From contig MFJV01000001.1 of assembly GCA_001780985.1 (NCBI GenBank), forward strand, positions 428,049 through 492,048: 64,000 bases of DNA, written 5' to 3'. The DNA is from Candidatus Gottesmanbacteria bacterium RIFCSPLOWO2_01_FULL_43_11b. Lineage in GTDB: Bacteria; Patescibacteriota; Microgenomatia; UBA10105; UBA927. Under the pieces are notes generated by a model that was not told where the DNA came from, made no database searches, and saw only the letters and a list, made by a program, of their open reading frames with translations. Position 1 is the stretch's first letter. Every line of letters begins with the position of its first letter. This document shows, one piece after another, positions 10,000-18,297 of this stretch. Both the position numbers and the translations under genes were made by a program.

Positions 10000-10402
10000 A
10001 AAAAACCGCCCGTGCAAATCCTCTAGCTCTGCTAGAAAATTTACAAGGACGGTCCCATTCCGTTGTGCCACCTTGCCTGCCCTTCGTAGTTTTAACGAAG
10101 GAGGGTTTTACTTTAGACACAAATCCTACACAAGCTTACTTCTCGCCTTTTGGTACTATTCGTACACGGCTCGAAGAGCGCTTTGGCGGGATTGATGGTT
10201 AGTAAATTCGTTTACTTATTAACTAACCATCAAAAAACCGACCAGAGGTCGGTTAGCCTAAAGCCTCATTCTTGACGAACTCCTCTTCGCACTTGCACTG
10301 AGCTTTGCGAAGTGACATTCGTTGACGATCTTTTTACGGTTTTGCCTCCGTACTTGATTAGAGTCAGCTCTGAGGTTCCATCCACACCTCATCAACGCTT
10401 TT
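10000..10402 (-). ncRNA. T-box riboswitch (Trp) with ultra-short stem I, antiterminator and intrinsic terminator
   Basis: Stem I GCGTTGATGAGG-TGTGGA[TGG]AA-CCTCAGAGC (10398-10367); T-box AAGGTGGCACAACGG...CCGTCCTT (10074-10045); long terminator plus T6 (10052-10000); trpS lies downstream on the same strand. Confidence 0.8.
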
Positions 10403-10416
10403 ATTCAATTAAGGAG

Positions 10417-10470
10417 TAGTATACCAAACTATTGACATTTGTCAAATTTACGTTATAATTTTGTTATAAC
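10417..10470. promoter_or_regulatory. Back-to-back sigma70 promoters with palindromically arranged -35 elements, plus putative antitoxin operator
   Basis: TTGACATTTGTCAA palindrome; + strand TTGACA-16-TATAAT; - strand TTGACA-16-TATACT; GTTATAAT..GTTATAAC repeats. Confidence 0.65.
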
Positions 10471-10482
10471 AGGAGAAATATT

Positions 10483-10728
10483 ATGAAACAAAAAATTACT
10501 CGCGTTGGCAATTCTGCTGCTGTCATCATCCCAAAATCAGTTTTAAAGGAAAACGGACTGAAAATTGGTTCCATGGTGAATATTACTCTCGAAAAACCAC
10601 GAAAGAAAACGTCGACTCCGGTTGTTGATAGGGAGATTTACGCGGTGGGGAATGATCTGTTAAAGCGGTATTTGCCGGCATTTATCAAACTCGCTAAACC
10701 CCACCATGATCAAGTATCTCACTACTGA
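10483..10728 (+). CDS. AbrB/MazE family antitoxin
   Basis: KITRVGNSAAVIIPK motif; upstream of Doc. Confidence 0.85.
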   Translation: MKQKITRVGNSAAVIIPKSVLKENGLKIGSMVNITLEKPRKKTSTPVVDREIYAVGNDLLKRYLPAFIKLAKPHHDQVSHY

Positions 10729-11092
10729 AGATATCCTCCTTCTCCATTATCTATCAATACAAAAAAGCGGCGGTTCTCATGGATTGAGAGACGCAGGATT
10801 ATTGGACGCTGCCGTCCATCGTCCGCAAGCAACATTTGCCGGAGAAGATTTATATCCGACCGTGTTTGATAAAGCGGGAGCCTTGTGCCATTCACTCATC
10901 AAAAATCATGCGTTTGTCGACGGAAATAAACGAACGTCACTCCTTTCTGCTATGACATTTTTAGAATTAAACGGCTATCGTTTTGAGTGTGAACAAGAAG
11001 AACTCGTCACGTTTGGCCTCAAAATCGATAACGAAAATATCTCGTACGAAGGAATCGCCGAGTGGTTTAAGTCACATTCTCGTAGTGTGTGA
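10706..11092 (+). CDS. doc: Death-on-curing (Doc/Fic) toxin
   Basis: HAFVDGNKRT, GLRDAGLL. Confidence 0.9.
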   Translation: MIKYLTTEDILLLHYLSIQKSGGSHGLRDAGLLDAAVHRPQATFAGEDLYPTVFDKAGALCHSLIKNHAFVDGNKRTSLLSAMTFLELNGYRFECEQEELVTFGLKIDNENISYEGIAEWFKSHSRSV

Positions 11093-11420
11093 GGCGAACG
11101 ACATCGTTATTTTCATCTAAAACAATAGCAACCACGTCAATTCGGCAGGGGATATTCTCTCCATTCATATACACGGTTGCCATGTTGCGGATTTTTTGTA
11201 ATTTCCCTCTGCCCACCATTTCCTCAGGAAGTCCAAAATCCGTGCCTATTTTTGCTTTCACCTCAACAAAAACCAACGTCTCTCCGTCTTTCGCGATGAT
11301 ATCTATCTCACCAAATTTATTTCTGAAATTCCGCTCAAGAATTCTATAGTGCTTCTTTTTTAAAAATTCTGCCGCACGATCTTCCGCGAGTTTTCCCGTT
11401 TGACGATTGAACTGTTTCAT
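11067..11420 (-). CDS. yraN: YraN/UPF0102 family nuclease
   Basis: GEIDIIA...LVFVEVK...RIDVVAI. Confidence 0.92.
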   Translation of the reverse strand: MKQFNRQTGKLAEDRAAEFLKKKHYRILERNFRNKFGEIDIIAKDGETLVFVEVKAKIGTDFGLPEEMVGRGKLQKIRNMATVYMNGENIPCRIDVVAIVLDENNDVVRLTHYENVT

Positions 11421-12943
11421 ACAAGCTGCTTATACTGGAGCGCTTCGGCCATGTGGATAGGAAGGATTGGCTCGGATTTTCCAAGATCGGCGATTGTTCT
11501 TGCAACTTTAATGAGCCGCATGTAGCTTCTGGCTGAAAAATCGTACTTTTCCGCTGCAATTTTAAGAAAGTTTTCCGCTTCAGGCGTTAATTTGGCAAAA
11601 TTTTTTACATCTTTATTGCGCATTTGAGAATTCGTGTAGAGCGGGGTTCCCTTAAAGCGTTTTTCCGCAATCTTCCGCGCTCCGACAACTGCCTTTTTTG
11701 CTTCTTGAGAGGTAAGTGAATCCTGTTTCATCTCCCGCGTTATCGAAAGTTTTTCAACCTCGACAGGAGCAACCATAACAGTGAGATCAATCCTGTCTAA
11801 AATAGGTCCTGAAATACGGTGACGATACTTTGCAATCTGTTTCTCCGTGCATTTACATTCACGCCTTGGGTGCCCTAAATAGCCACACGGGCACGGATTA
11901 ATTGCAGCAATCAGTGTAAAACTTGCCGGGTAGCGGACATGCCCCGAGACTCTGACAATCTCAACAAACCCATCCTCCATCGGCTGACGTAAACCCTCCA
12001 AAACGCTCCGCGGAAACTCCGGCATTTCATCCATAAAAAGTACTCCCAGATGCGCAAGACTCACTTCACCTGGTAAAGGACTCGTTCCGCCGCCGATAAG
12101 TCCCGCGGCAGAGACTCCGTGGTGGGGAGAGCGGAACGACCGCCGTCTGATGAGCGCCGTGCCTGGAGATAGTAATCCCGAAATAGAATAAATACGGGTA
12201 ACCTCGAGCGCCTCTTTTGAGCTAAGTGGCGGAAGTATGCCGGGAAGAGCCCTTGCAAGCATGGTTTTTCCCGTTCCGGGCGGCCCCCACATTAAGAGAT
12301 TGTGGCCGCCGGCAGCTGCAATAACGAGAGCACGCTTGGCTTGCTCTTGGCCAGCGATTTCCTTTAAGTCAAAATCAATAACTGCTTCATCATCGCTACT
12401 TCCTTTGCTATGCGGAAGCGGTGCGATTTCTTTGGCGCCGGAAATGTGGCGGACTAAATCCGAAAGATTCAAAACCGGAATAACCTTCACGCCGGAAACA
12501 ACTGTAGCCTCAGCGGCAGATGGCCGGGGAACAAAAATCGTTACATCTTTGGAGCGCGCTGCATGGAGGGCAAGGAGCAAAATTCCCCGCGTTGGCCGCA
12601 GTGTCCCATCAAGAGAAAGTTCACCGTAAAAATACTTATTTCCTTCGGGTAACATAACCTGACCGCCCGCAACCAGAACCCCAACAGCTATGGGCAAATC
12701 ATAGGCAGCGCTATCTTTGGGAAGATCAGCTGGCGCCAGATTGACCGTTATTTTTTTCGGCGGGAAATCAAACCCGGAGTTGATGATTGCTGTTTTTACC
12801 CGTTCCCTCGCCTCCTCTACTGCCTTACTCGCAAGCCCCACAATCGTAAATCCGGGAAAGCCCTGTGAGGCAACATCAACCTCAACATCGACCGGAACGG
12901 TTTCAAGGCCAATGGTTGCAATGGAACTAATTTTGACTAGTAT
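11417..12943 (-). CDS. comM: ComM/YifB Mg-chelatase-like AAA helicase
   Basis: TVNLAPADLPK, GELSLDG, GPPGTGKT, PCPCG; conserved N-terminus extends to an ATA codon at 12943. Confidence 0.93.
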   Translation of the reverse strand: MLVKISSIATIGLETVPVDVEVDVASQGFPGFTIVGLASKAVEEARERVKTAIINSGFDFPPKKITVNLAPADLPKDSAAYDLPIAVGVLVAGGQVMLPEGNKYFYGELSLDGTLRPTRGILLLALHAARSKDVTIFVPRPSAAEATVVSGVKVIPVLNLSDLVRHISGAKEIAPLPHSKGSSDDEAVIDFDLKEIAGQEQAKRALVIAAAGGHNLLMWGPPGTGKTMLARALPGILPPLSSKEALEVTRIYSISGLLSPGTALIRRRSFRSPHHGVSAAGLIGGGTSPLPGEVSLAHLGVLFMDEMPEFPRSVLEGLRQPMEDGFVEIVRVSGHVRYPASFTLIAAINPCPCGYLGHPRRECKCTEKQIAKYRHRISGPILDRIDLTVMVAPVEVEKLSITREMKQDSLTSQEAKKAVVGARKIAEKRFKGTPLYTNSQMRNKDVKNFAKLTPEAENFLKIAAEKYDFSARSYMRLIKVARTIADLGKSEPILPIHMAEALQYKQLV

Positions 12944-13742
12944 AGTATTTTCCTCCTCGTTCGATAAGTTGGCCTGTGAGAGTCAGAAGCGAGAGTTGCG
13001 CGCCAATTTCCGACACAGGTTTGTCAAGCTTCCGGGCTAGTTCACTGGCGGTAAGCGATTCATCAATAAGCGCGGAGATAATTGGGTCATCGGTTTTAAC
13101 GGTTTTTTGCACGACGTCTGCTACCCACATGCGGGCAGCGCCCGATGCAATCAGCGCGTTGGTTCCGGCTGATAAATTACTCGTAATCGGTCCTGGGACT
13201 GCCCAGAGGTTTCTTTTGAGCTTACGGGCAATGGCAGCCGTAATGAGTGATCCGCTCTTTTGGGCAGCTTCAACGACAATAATATCGCTCGATAGTGCCG
13301 CTACGATGCGATTTCTTACAGGGAAAGTCCACAATGTTGGCTTCTGATCTTCCCATTCGCTGATAATAAGCCCGCCGGAGTCGATAATTCGCTCTGCTAG
13401 TTTTTTATCTCCCCCATCTAACTCTCTTTTGATTCCCCAGCCTAAAACTGCAATTGTTTTGCCGCCATTTTCAATGCACACTTTGTGTGCGTATTGATCG
13501 ACTCCGTACATAAATCCCGAGACAATCGTTTTTTTCTCAAACACAAGTTGCGGGACAATTTTTTCAATAACCATGCGACCGTACTCTGTCATTCTTCGGC
13601 TGCCGATAATTGCGGTGCACTGGTTAAATACATGAGCGTTCCACCGACCGCTGTAGAAGAGTTGTTTTGGAGGGTCGTGAAGATCTCCGAGCCGGAAAAG
13701 TTCGTTGTGTGTGCGCCAATTGGGAAGAGGCAGGTAGCGCAT
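12927..13742 (-). CDS. dprA: DNA-protecting protein DprA
   Basis: AIIGSR, IVSGFMYGVD, FPVRNRIVAALS, VEAAQKSGSLITA, AVPG, C-terminal winged helix. Confidence 0.93.
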   Translation of the reverse strand: MRYLPLPNWRTHNELFRLGDLHDPPKQLFYSGRWNAHVFNQCTAIIGSRRMTEYGRMVIEKIVPQLVFEKKTIVSGFMYGVDQYAHKVCIENGGKTIAVLGWGIKRELDGGDKKLAERIIDSGGLIISEWEDQKPTLWTFPVRNRIVAALSSDIIVVEAAQKSGSLITAAIARKLKRNLWAVPGPITSNLSAGTNALIASGAARMWVADVVQKTVKTDDPIISALIDESLTASELARKLDKPVSEIGAQLSLLTLTGQLIERGGKYYTSQN

Positions 13743-13763
13743 GCTCTAAGAATAGCATAGAAT

Positions 13764-14027
13764 ATGTTCATGAATATAGGAAAATTTTCATATTACTGCC
13801 GAAAAATTCACCGGTGGAGTCTCTGGTTTGTCGTTATTCTCGGACTTATCCAAATGACTACGGGGCTTACAATGAAGTATCCAAATTTCTTTTCATTTTT
13901 TAATCCGAGTAGCGCACGGGCACTCCATTCTCAAACGGCAACCTACTTCGTCATCGCTTTTTCAATCCAAATGTTCACCGGCCTGGTTATGTACATAACC
14001 CCGTGGATTCTACGGTTTCGTCAGTAA
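13764..14027 (+). CDS. Small two-TM membrane protein (PepSY-TM-like)
   Basis: RKIHRW...TG...LH...TG pattern with two hydrophobic helices. Confidence 0.65.
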   Translation: MFMNIGKFSYYCRKIHRWSLWFVVILGLIQMTTGLTMKYPNFFSFFNPSSARALHSQTATYFVIAFSIQMFTGLVMYITPWILRFRQ

Positions 14028-14042
14028 GTGTTTCCTGTATTT

Positions 14043-14516
14043 TTACGGGTCCTTGGAATATCGTTCTGTCGTGCCAACCGAGACGAGAGCAGCAAATAAT
14101 CTTCCAAGAGTCCATTTGCCTGCATTATTATCCCCTGCCTGAATTCTTGCTAATCGCTCAACGCTCTCTAGTGAGTCCAAAAAAGCGCCTGGTGCTACTA
14201 TATCTAATGATGCCAAACGAGAGTTCTCAAATAAATCATCTACCTTATCTTGAATTAAATACGCAATGAATTTTCTTGTCGTTCTCCAGCGACCGTCTCT
14301 GTCAAAAATTACTCCCGCTTTCTCCGTTCCAAGCACTACTCCATTAAAGGTTATTTGATCTCCATCAATAATTTCCACTGCAATGTCTCGCCCTCCAACC
14401 TTTCCACGGACAAGATTTCCGGGTTCTAAAAGTTTAAAATCGCGCTTCCAAAAACCTGATGTTATCTCAACAAAAGGCATGAACGTGATTCTATCAAATA
14501 GATAGTGGTATATCAA
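14043..14516 (-). CDS. Hypothetical protein
   Basis: ORF directly downstream of the nuclease; start uncertain. Confidence 0.5.
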   Translation of the reverse strand: MIYHYLFDRITFMPFVEITSGFWKRDFKLLEPGNLVRGKVGGRDIAVEIIDGDQITFNGVVLGTEKAGVIFDRDGRWRTTRKFIAYLIQDKVDDLFENSRLASLDIVAPGAFLDSLESVERLARIQAGDNNAGKWTLGRLFAALVSVGTTERYSKDP

Positions 14517-15106
14517 AATGGACCATTCAAACGCCTTTCGTATTTTAACTCACCTCTGTCTTTATACTGCTCGGTTGACGCTAATCCTTTTTGTACAAGC
14601 AACTCATTTACGAGCGCTCCGTCGTTGCACCCCTCTGGATTTTCCATTAATCCCTCCCGGGAAGAATTGTATGTAAGATGCATGTAATTTGCCGGCAAAA
14701 ACGTTGGTTCATTTTCACATGCAATCCAAACCCACGCGAGAACCCGACCGTATTTGTCATCCTGATATCGGTCATATTCAAGATATACACGTTTGTCATT
14801 GACGATTGAAGTAAGGGTATCCCGCGCTTCCACCCAGCGTTTTTCGCCGCGATTGGGAGCATCAATACCGATCATTCGCACTTCCACACCGCTTTGGAGG
14901 CGAAACGTGTCTCCGTCATAGATTTCTCGCGCCACTCCGGTTTTGGGAAAAAGCGATTTAACGGCATAAAAGTCACGAGTATTTTGAAAAACATCAGGTT
15001 TCCAACCCAAAACCAGTGCGGTGAGAATTCCGGGAATCAGAACCGCCGGAATACCAAGCTTTAATAACCTCTTTCTCGTCCACCTTGCATTTTTATTCTT
15101 CGCCAT
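14513..15106 (-). CDS. Thermonuclease (SNase) family protein, membrane anchored
   Basis: DGDT, VRMIGIDAP, DKYGRVLAWV, VNELLVQKGLA. Confidence 0.9.
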   Translation of the reverse strand: MAKNKNARWTRKRLLKLGIPAVLIPGILTALVLGWKPDVFQNTRDFYAVKSLFPKTGVAREIYDGDTFRLQSGVEVRMIGIDAPNRGEKRWVEARDTLTSIVNDKRVYLEYDRYQDDKYGRVLAWVWIACENEPTFLPANYMHLTYNSSREGLMENPEGCNDGALVNELLVQKGLASTEQYKDRGELKYERRLNGPF

Positions 15107-15129
15107 GAATCAAGTATATAAAAGGGCTG

Positions 15130-15801
15130 TTAATTATATAATCCAGCAATCCATCCGTGTATTTTTCGAAGCAAATCAGTGCTTTTACTAACTCGAATTC
15201 GTAAAACACCGTGATAATTTTCTGGGTTATCGTATATTTTTTGCCATTTTACCTTCTGAAAAAAAGGTTTTTGAAATTGTTGGTCACTCACACGCAGTAT
15301 TTTTTGCCAATACTTTTGAATAGGTTGAACCTTATCTTTATATGTTTCGTTTAGCCCTAATCGAAATCGCAACCGATCAATGCTAATATTACAAGCCTCT
15401 TTTAACCAACGAACCATAAAACGGATCATATTGGGATCAGAATTGGAAAATCCCATCAGATTATCCTTCTTAAATCCCTCTGCCCAATATAAAGCAATAC
15501 CAGCAATAAATAATTCACGAGGCGTAAGTTCTGCCACTTCAATGATACCCCTTTGAAACAATTGTCTTATCTTGTCTTCTTTTAATTGTTTTTGCCTTTC
15601 AATATATACTTTTCTCTTGCCATAATAAGGATCGTGTGCGTTTTTTCCTAATACTTGGATTTGTTGAGGAGACAAAACAATATCTCGACACCATAGGCTT
15701 GCGGTGCTTGAAGAAACTCCAAGTTTTTTCGCAATGGTTTTAATTCCTAATCCGCTCTTGCGTAAATCGCGAGCTATTAGCCGAAGTTGAGATTTAGCCA
15801 T
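15130..15801 (-). CDS. HTH + LAGLIDADG-like protein (putative free-standing homing endonuclease)
   Basis: N-terminal HTH (GIKTIAKKLGVSSSTASLW); AGIALYWAEG and FSNSDP..IRF resemble a single-motif LAGLIDADG fold. Confidence 0.6.
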   Translation of the reverse strand: MAKSQLRLIARDLRKSGLGIKTIAKKLGVSSSTASLWCRDIVLSPQQIQVLGKNAHDPYYGKRKVYIERQKQLKEDKIRQLFQRGIIEVAELTPRELFIAGIALYWAEGFKKDNLMGFSNSDPNMIRFMVRWLKEACNISIDRLRFRLGLNETYKDKVQPIQKYWQKILRVSDQQFQKPFFQKVKWQKIYDNPENYHGVLRIRVSKSTDLLRKIHGWIAGLYN

Positions 15802-15840
15802 ATGGTAAAATTATCTTCTAACCAGGGTTCGATTTCAAGA

Positions 15841-15869
15841 TTGACGCTAATTTCAAATAAAGTTATAAT
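15841..15869 (+). promoter_or_regulatory. sigma70 promoter of the tRNA gene
   Basis: TTGACG-17-TATAAT. Confidence 0.85.
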
Positions 15870-15889
15870 AGACAATGTTGTTAGTCCAG

Positions 15890-16154
15890 CGCGGGGTAGT
15901 GTAAAGCAGCACAGAAGGCTCACAATATGGGCTCATCGAGAGGAAACTTTCGCGTGATAATTCGGCTATATCGGTGGAATCCCGCTTAGCGGGACAATAC
16001 CGAGGGAAGATCCGCCAGCGGAGGAAACCCGTAGAGACTACACGCCGAACCCCGCCCTACGCGAAGGGCGGGGATGATATAGTCCGACACTCCGAGCAAT
16101 CGGAGAAACAGTAAGCATAATCTTCTAGACCTGGTGCGACTCCAGGCCCCGCAA
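15890..16154 (+). tRNA. tRNA-Met(CAT), fMet-like C1xA72 mismatch, split by an intron (exons 15890-15920 and 16116-16154)
   Basis: Joined exons fold: acceptor CGCGGGG/CCCCGCA, anticodon arm GAAGG-CT^CATAA-TCTTC, T arm CCTGG-TGCGACT-CCAGG. Confidence 0.9.
15921..16115 (+). ncRNA. Group I self-splicing intron, 195 nt, no ORF
   Basis: P1 GGCU/CA pairs with UGGGCU, giving a U.G pair at the splice site; R GTAGAGACTAC and S GATATAGTCC (P7); terminal G at 16115. Confidence 0.92.
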
Positions 16155-17855
16155 CAAGGTAGGAATGGAGGCATATTTTGCCTCCATTTTTCTTATTCTG
16201 TCGCTCTCCTTATTAGGTGCGAACATTTCTCCGATAATAGGTGCCTCACTTTTCATCTTTTTGAGGGTAAACAAGTACGGCGGGCTGTCCAAACGCAATG
16301 TTCTATCGGTAAGCGTTAGGTGCGAACCTAAGTCCATGAGGATACGCCGCTTTAACTTCGCGTCTCCATTTGCAAATCGCTCCCGTACTTTGGTAGCGAA
16401 GGTAAACGCCTCGTTAATGTCCTCTGCCGCCTGCACCATGCGGTTGTCTATAGTACCCAACTGTTGCTCCAAGCCTTTTAGCTCGGTTTCAATGGCTGAT
16501 TTTTGGCTTCTGTACTGCTCATCGGAAAGCAGGCTTCCGTCAGTATTCTGCGGCGAGATTTTGAGCTGAATGAGGTTATTGAGCTTTGCCCTGCACGCAT
16601 CGTGTGCCCCTTTGATAGAAGCAACAGTATCCTCTTGGAAGTCTTTTTCCGACTCGTTCATGGCCGCTATCTGCCTCAGTGCCCAGTCCATAAAGACTGG
16701 TGAAATCTCTATTTCTGCCAGTTTTGCGTCTATCTGTTGTTCAAGCCTATCCAGCCTTACCCCTTTTTGATGACATAATCGACTTGTACGCCGTTTACAA
16801 CGGTAGTAGGTGTAGTGCAGGATGGTCGGGTTACGCATGTTCTCAATCTTCGTGTCGCATCGTGTGCAGGTGTCTTTATTCTTCTTGGTAATGGAAAACT
16901 TCCATTTGCACGCCGTACAAATCACCTGATGTTTTTCCTCAGCAGTGATGGTGGCACCGCAAAAACCGCATTTGAGAAGCGAAGTGAAGGCGTATTCATG
17001 GTGTTGCAGCGTGTATTTACCTCTCCTGCCGAGAAGTACCTGTACCTCGTTAAACAACTCCTCGCTTATGGCGGGTTCGTGGCTCCCTTTCCACCACACC
17101 CCGCTTTTTTCTGGATACTCAAACTTGCCGTAGTAGAAAGGGTTAGAGAGGATTTTATAGATCATACTCAACGACAAAGGCCCACCGCCAGAACGCCGCT
17201 TTTGTCTTGACCGATACCCCCATTCATTCTTTGCCATGAGGTAAAGCTCCATAACTGTTGTACCCTCACGAAACAACTCAAACATTTTTCTGATAAACGG
17301 AAGTCTTTCTGGATCTGGTAACACCTTCCGAAAGCCACTTTCTGTTTGTCTGTCATTAAAGTACCCTTGTGGTGCCACTCCTGGTCGCCATCCGTCACGA
17401 CACTTCTTTTCCAAACCTCGACTTACCACTTCGCTTTTGTCGTCGCTATCTTTCTTTGAGATTCCAAACTCAAGGCTAAGCATAAACTTATCCGTTGGAG
17501 TGTTATAAAATGAACGAGCTGGCGTCTTAACTTCAATCAACTTGCCTTCATCCATGAGGTAAATAACCCAACCAGCGTCAATAGGATTCCTTGCCAAACG
17601 ATTTGGGTGCCACACAATAATCGCATTTGCCTCTCCGCTTTCTATCCTTTTTAACATCGCCCCAAAAATTTCTCTCCCTGGTTTGTGAGCCGTTTTTGAC
17701 TCTTGAAGCACCTCAACGAGATGTAAATTTTCCTTAGTTTTTAATCTCTCAATCTCATATAACTGTTCGGGGAGCGACGCCGCCTGTCGCTCTTTGTTGT
17801 CCTCGGAGCTTTTTCTAGCGTAGCCAATGTATTTGAGAGAAATATTAGTATCCAT
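16125..17855 (-). CDS. Large serine recombinase (integrase)
   Basis: YARKSS, RLARN, recombinase domain, zinc ribbon (CGFC, YYRC), coiled coil; C-terminus read antisense through the tRNA 3' end. Confidence 0.95.
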   Translation of the reverse strand: MDTNISLKYIGYARKSSEDNKERQAASLPEQLYEIERLKTKENLHLVEVLQESKTAHKPGREIFGAMLKRIESGEANAIIVWHPNRLARNPIDAGWVIYLMDEGKLIEVKTPARSFYNTPTDKFMLSLEFGISKKDSDDKSEVVSRGLEKKCRDGWRPGVAPQGYFNDRQTESGFRKVLPDPERLPFIRKMFELFREGTTVMELYLMAKNEWGYRSRQKRRSGGGPLSLSMIYKILSNPFYYGKFEYPEKSGVWWKGSHEPAISEELFNEVQVLLGRRGKYTLQHHEYAFTSLLKCGFCGATITAEEKHQVICTACKWKFSITKKNKDTCTRCDTKIENMRNPTILHYTYYRCKRRTSRLCHQKGVRLDRLEQQIDAKLAEIEISPVFMDWALRQIAAMNESEKDFQEDTVASIKGAHDACRAKLNNLIQLKISPQNTDGSLLSDEQYRSQKSAIETELKGLEQQLGTIDNRMVQAAEDINEAFTFATKVRERFANGDAKLKRRILMDLGSHLTLTDRTLRLDSPPYLFTLKKMKSEAPIIGEMFAPNKESDRIRKMEAKYASIPTLLRGLESHQV

Positions 17856-17977
17856 AATCACAATTAAGGGCAACGGTGGACACAACCTTTTGACGGGTTG
17901 AACCGTTGCCCATAAAAGAACCCGTCGTATTCAGCTGTGTCCATATTTATCGTATCCTCTCTACTTCCTTCTGTCAA
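17856..17977 (-). promoter_or_regulatory. Integrase promoter and pseudoknotted 5' leader
   Basis: TTGACA-17-TACGAT (17977-17949); three helices of 8-10 bp, one of them crossing, in 17868-17943. Confidence 0.65.
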
Positions 17978-18135
17978 GCAATTTTGGTACACGATTGCCA
18001 TACACGAATTTTACGAGATCAATGAGCTTCGTGCCATAATCAATAGCCTGTTCTCGGCTTATTATTACGCCATATTCTTTCTGGTAGATCAGTTGAAATT
18101 CGTTGATGGCTTTTTCGCTTAATTGCATAGTCAAT

Positions 18136-18297
18136 TTAAGATTTATCCTCCACTGCGAGAAGCTCCGCTAAATACTCCTCCAGAAGCCCCTTAATGGTTG
18201 TAGAAGACTTTGCAGCTTTCACCTTGAGGAGTTGATGCAGGCTGGCGTCTATACGGACTTGTTTTGTCGTTTTTTTGTCACTTTGTCGACTTTGCAT
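18136..18297 (-). CDS. Ribbon-helix-helix DNA-binding protein
   Basis: KQVRIDASLHQLLKVKAAKSSTTIKGLLEE pattern. Confidence 0.7.
   Translation of the reverse strand: MQSRQSDKKTTKQVRIDASLHQLLKVKAAKSSTTIKGLLEEYLAELLAVEDKS

Noticed and set aside
9976-10071. N-terminal extension of the aspartoacylase ORF
   Set aside because: Overlaps the T-box antiterminator and terminator; ATG 9975 fits better.
15986-16174. 62-aa minus-strand ORF
   Set aside because: Antisense to the intron and tRNA; no coding features.
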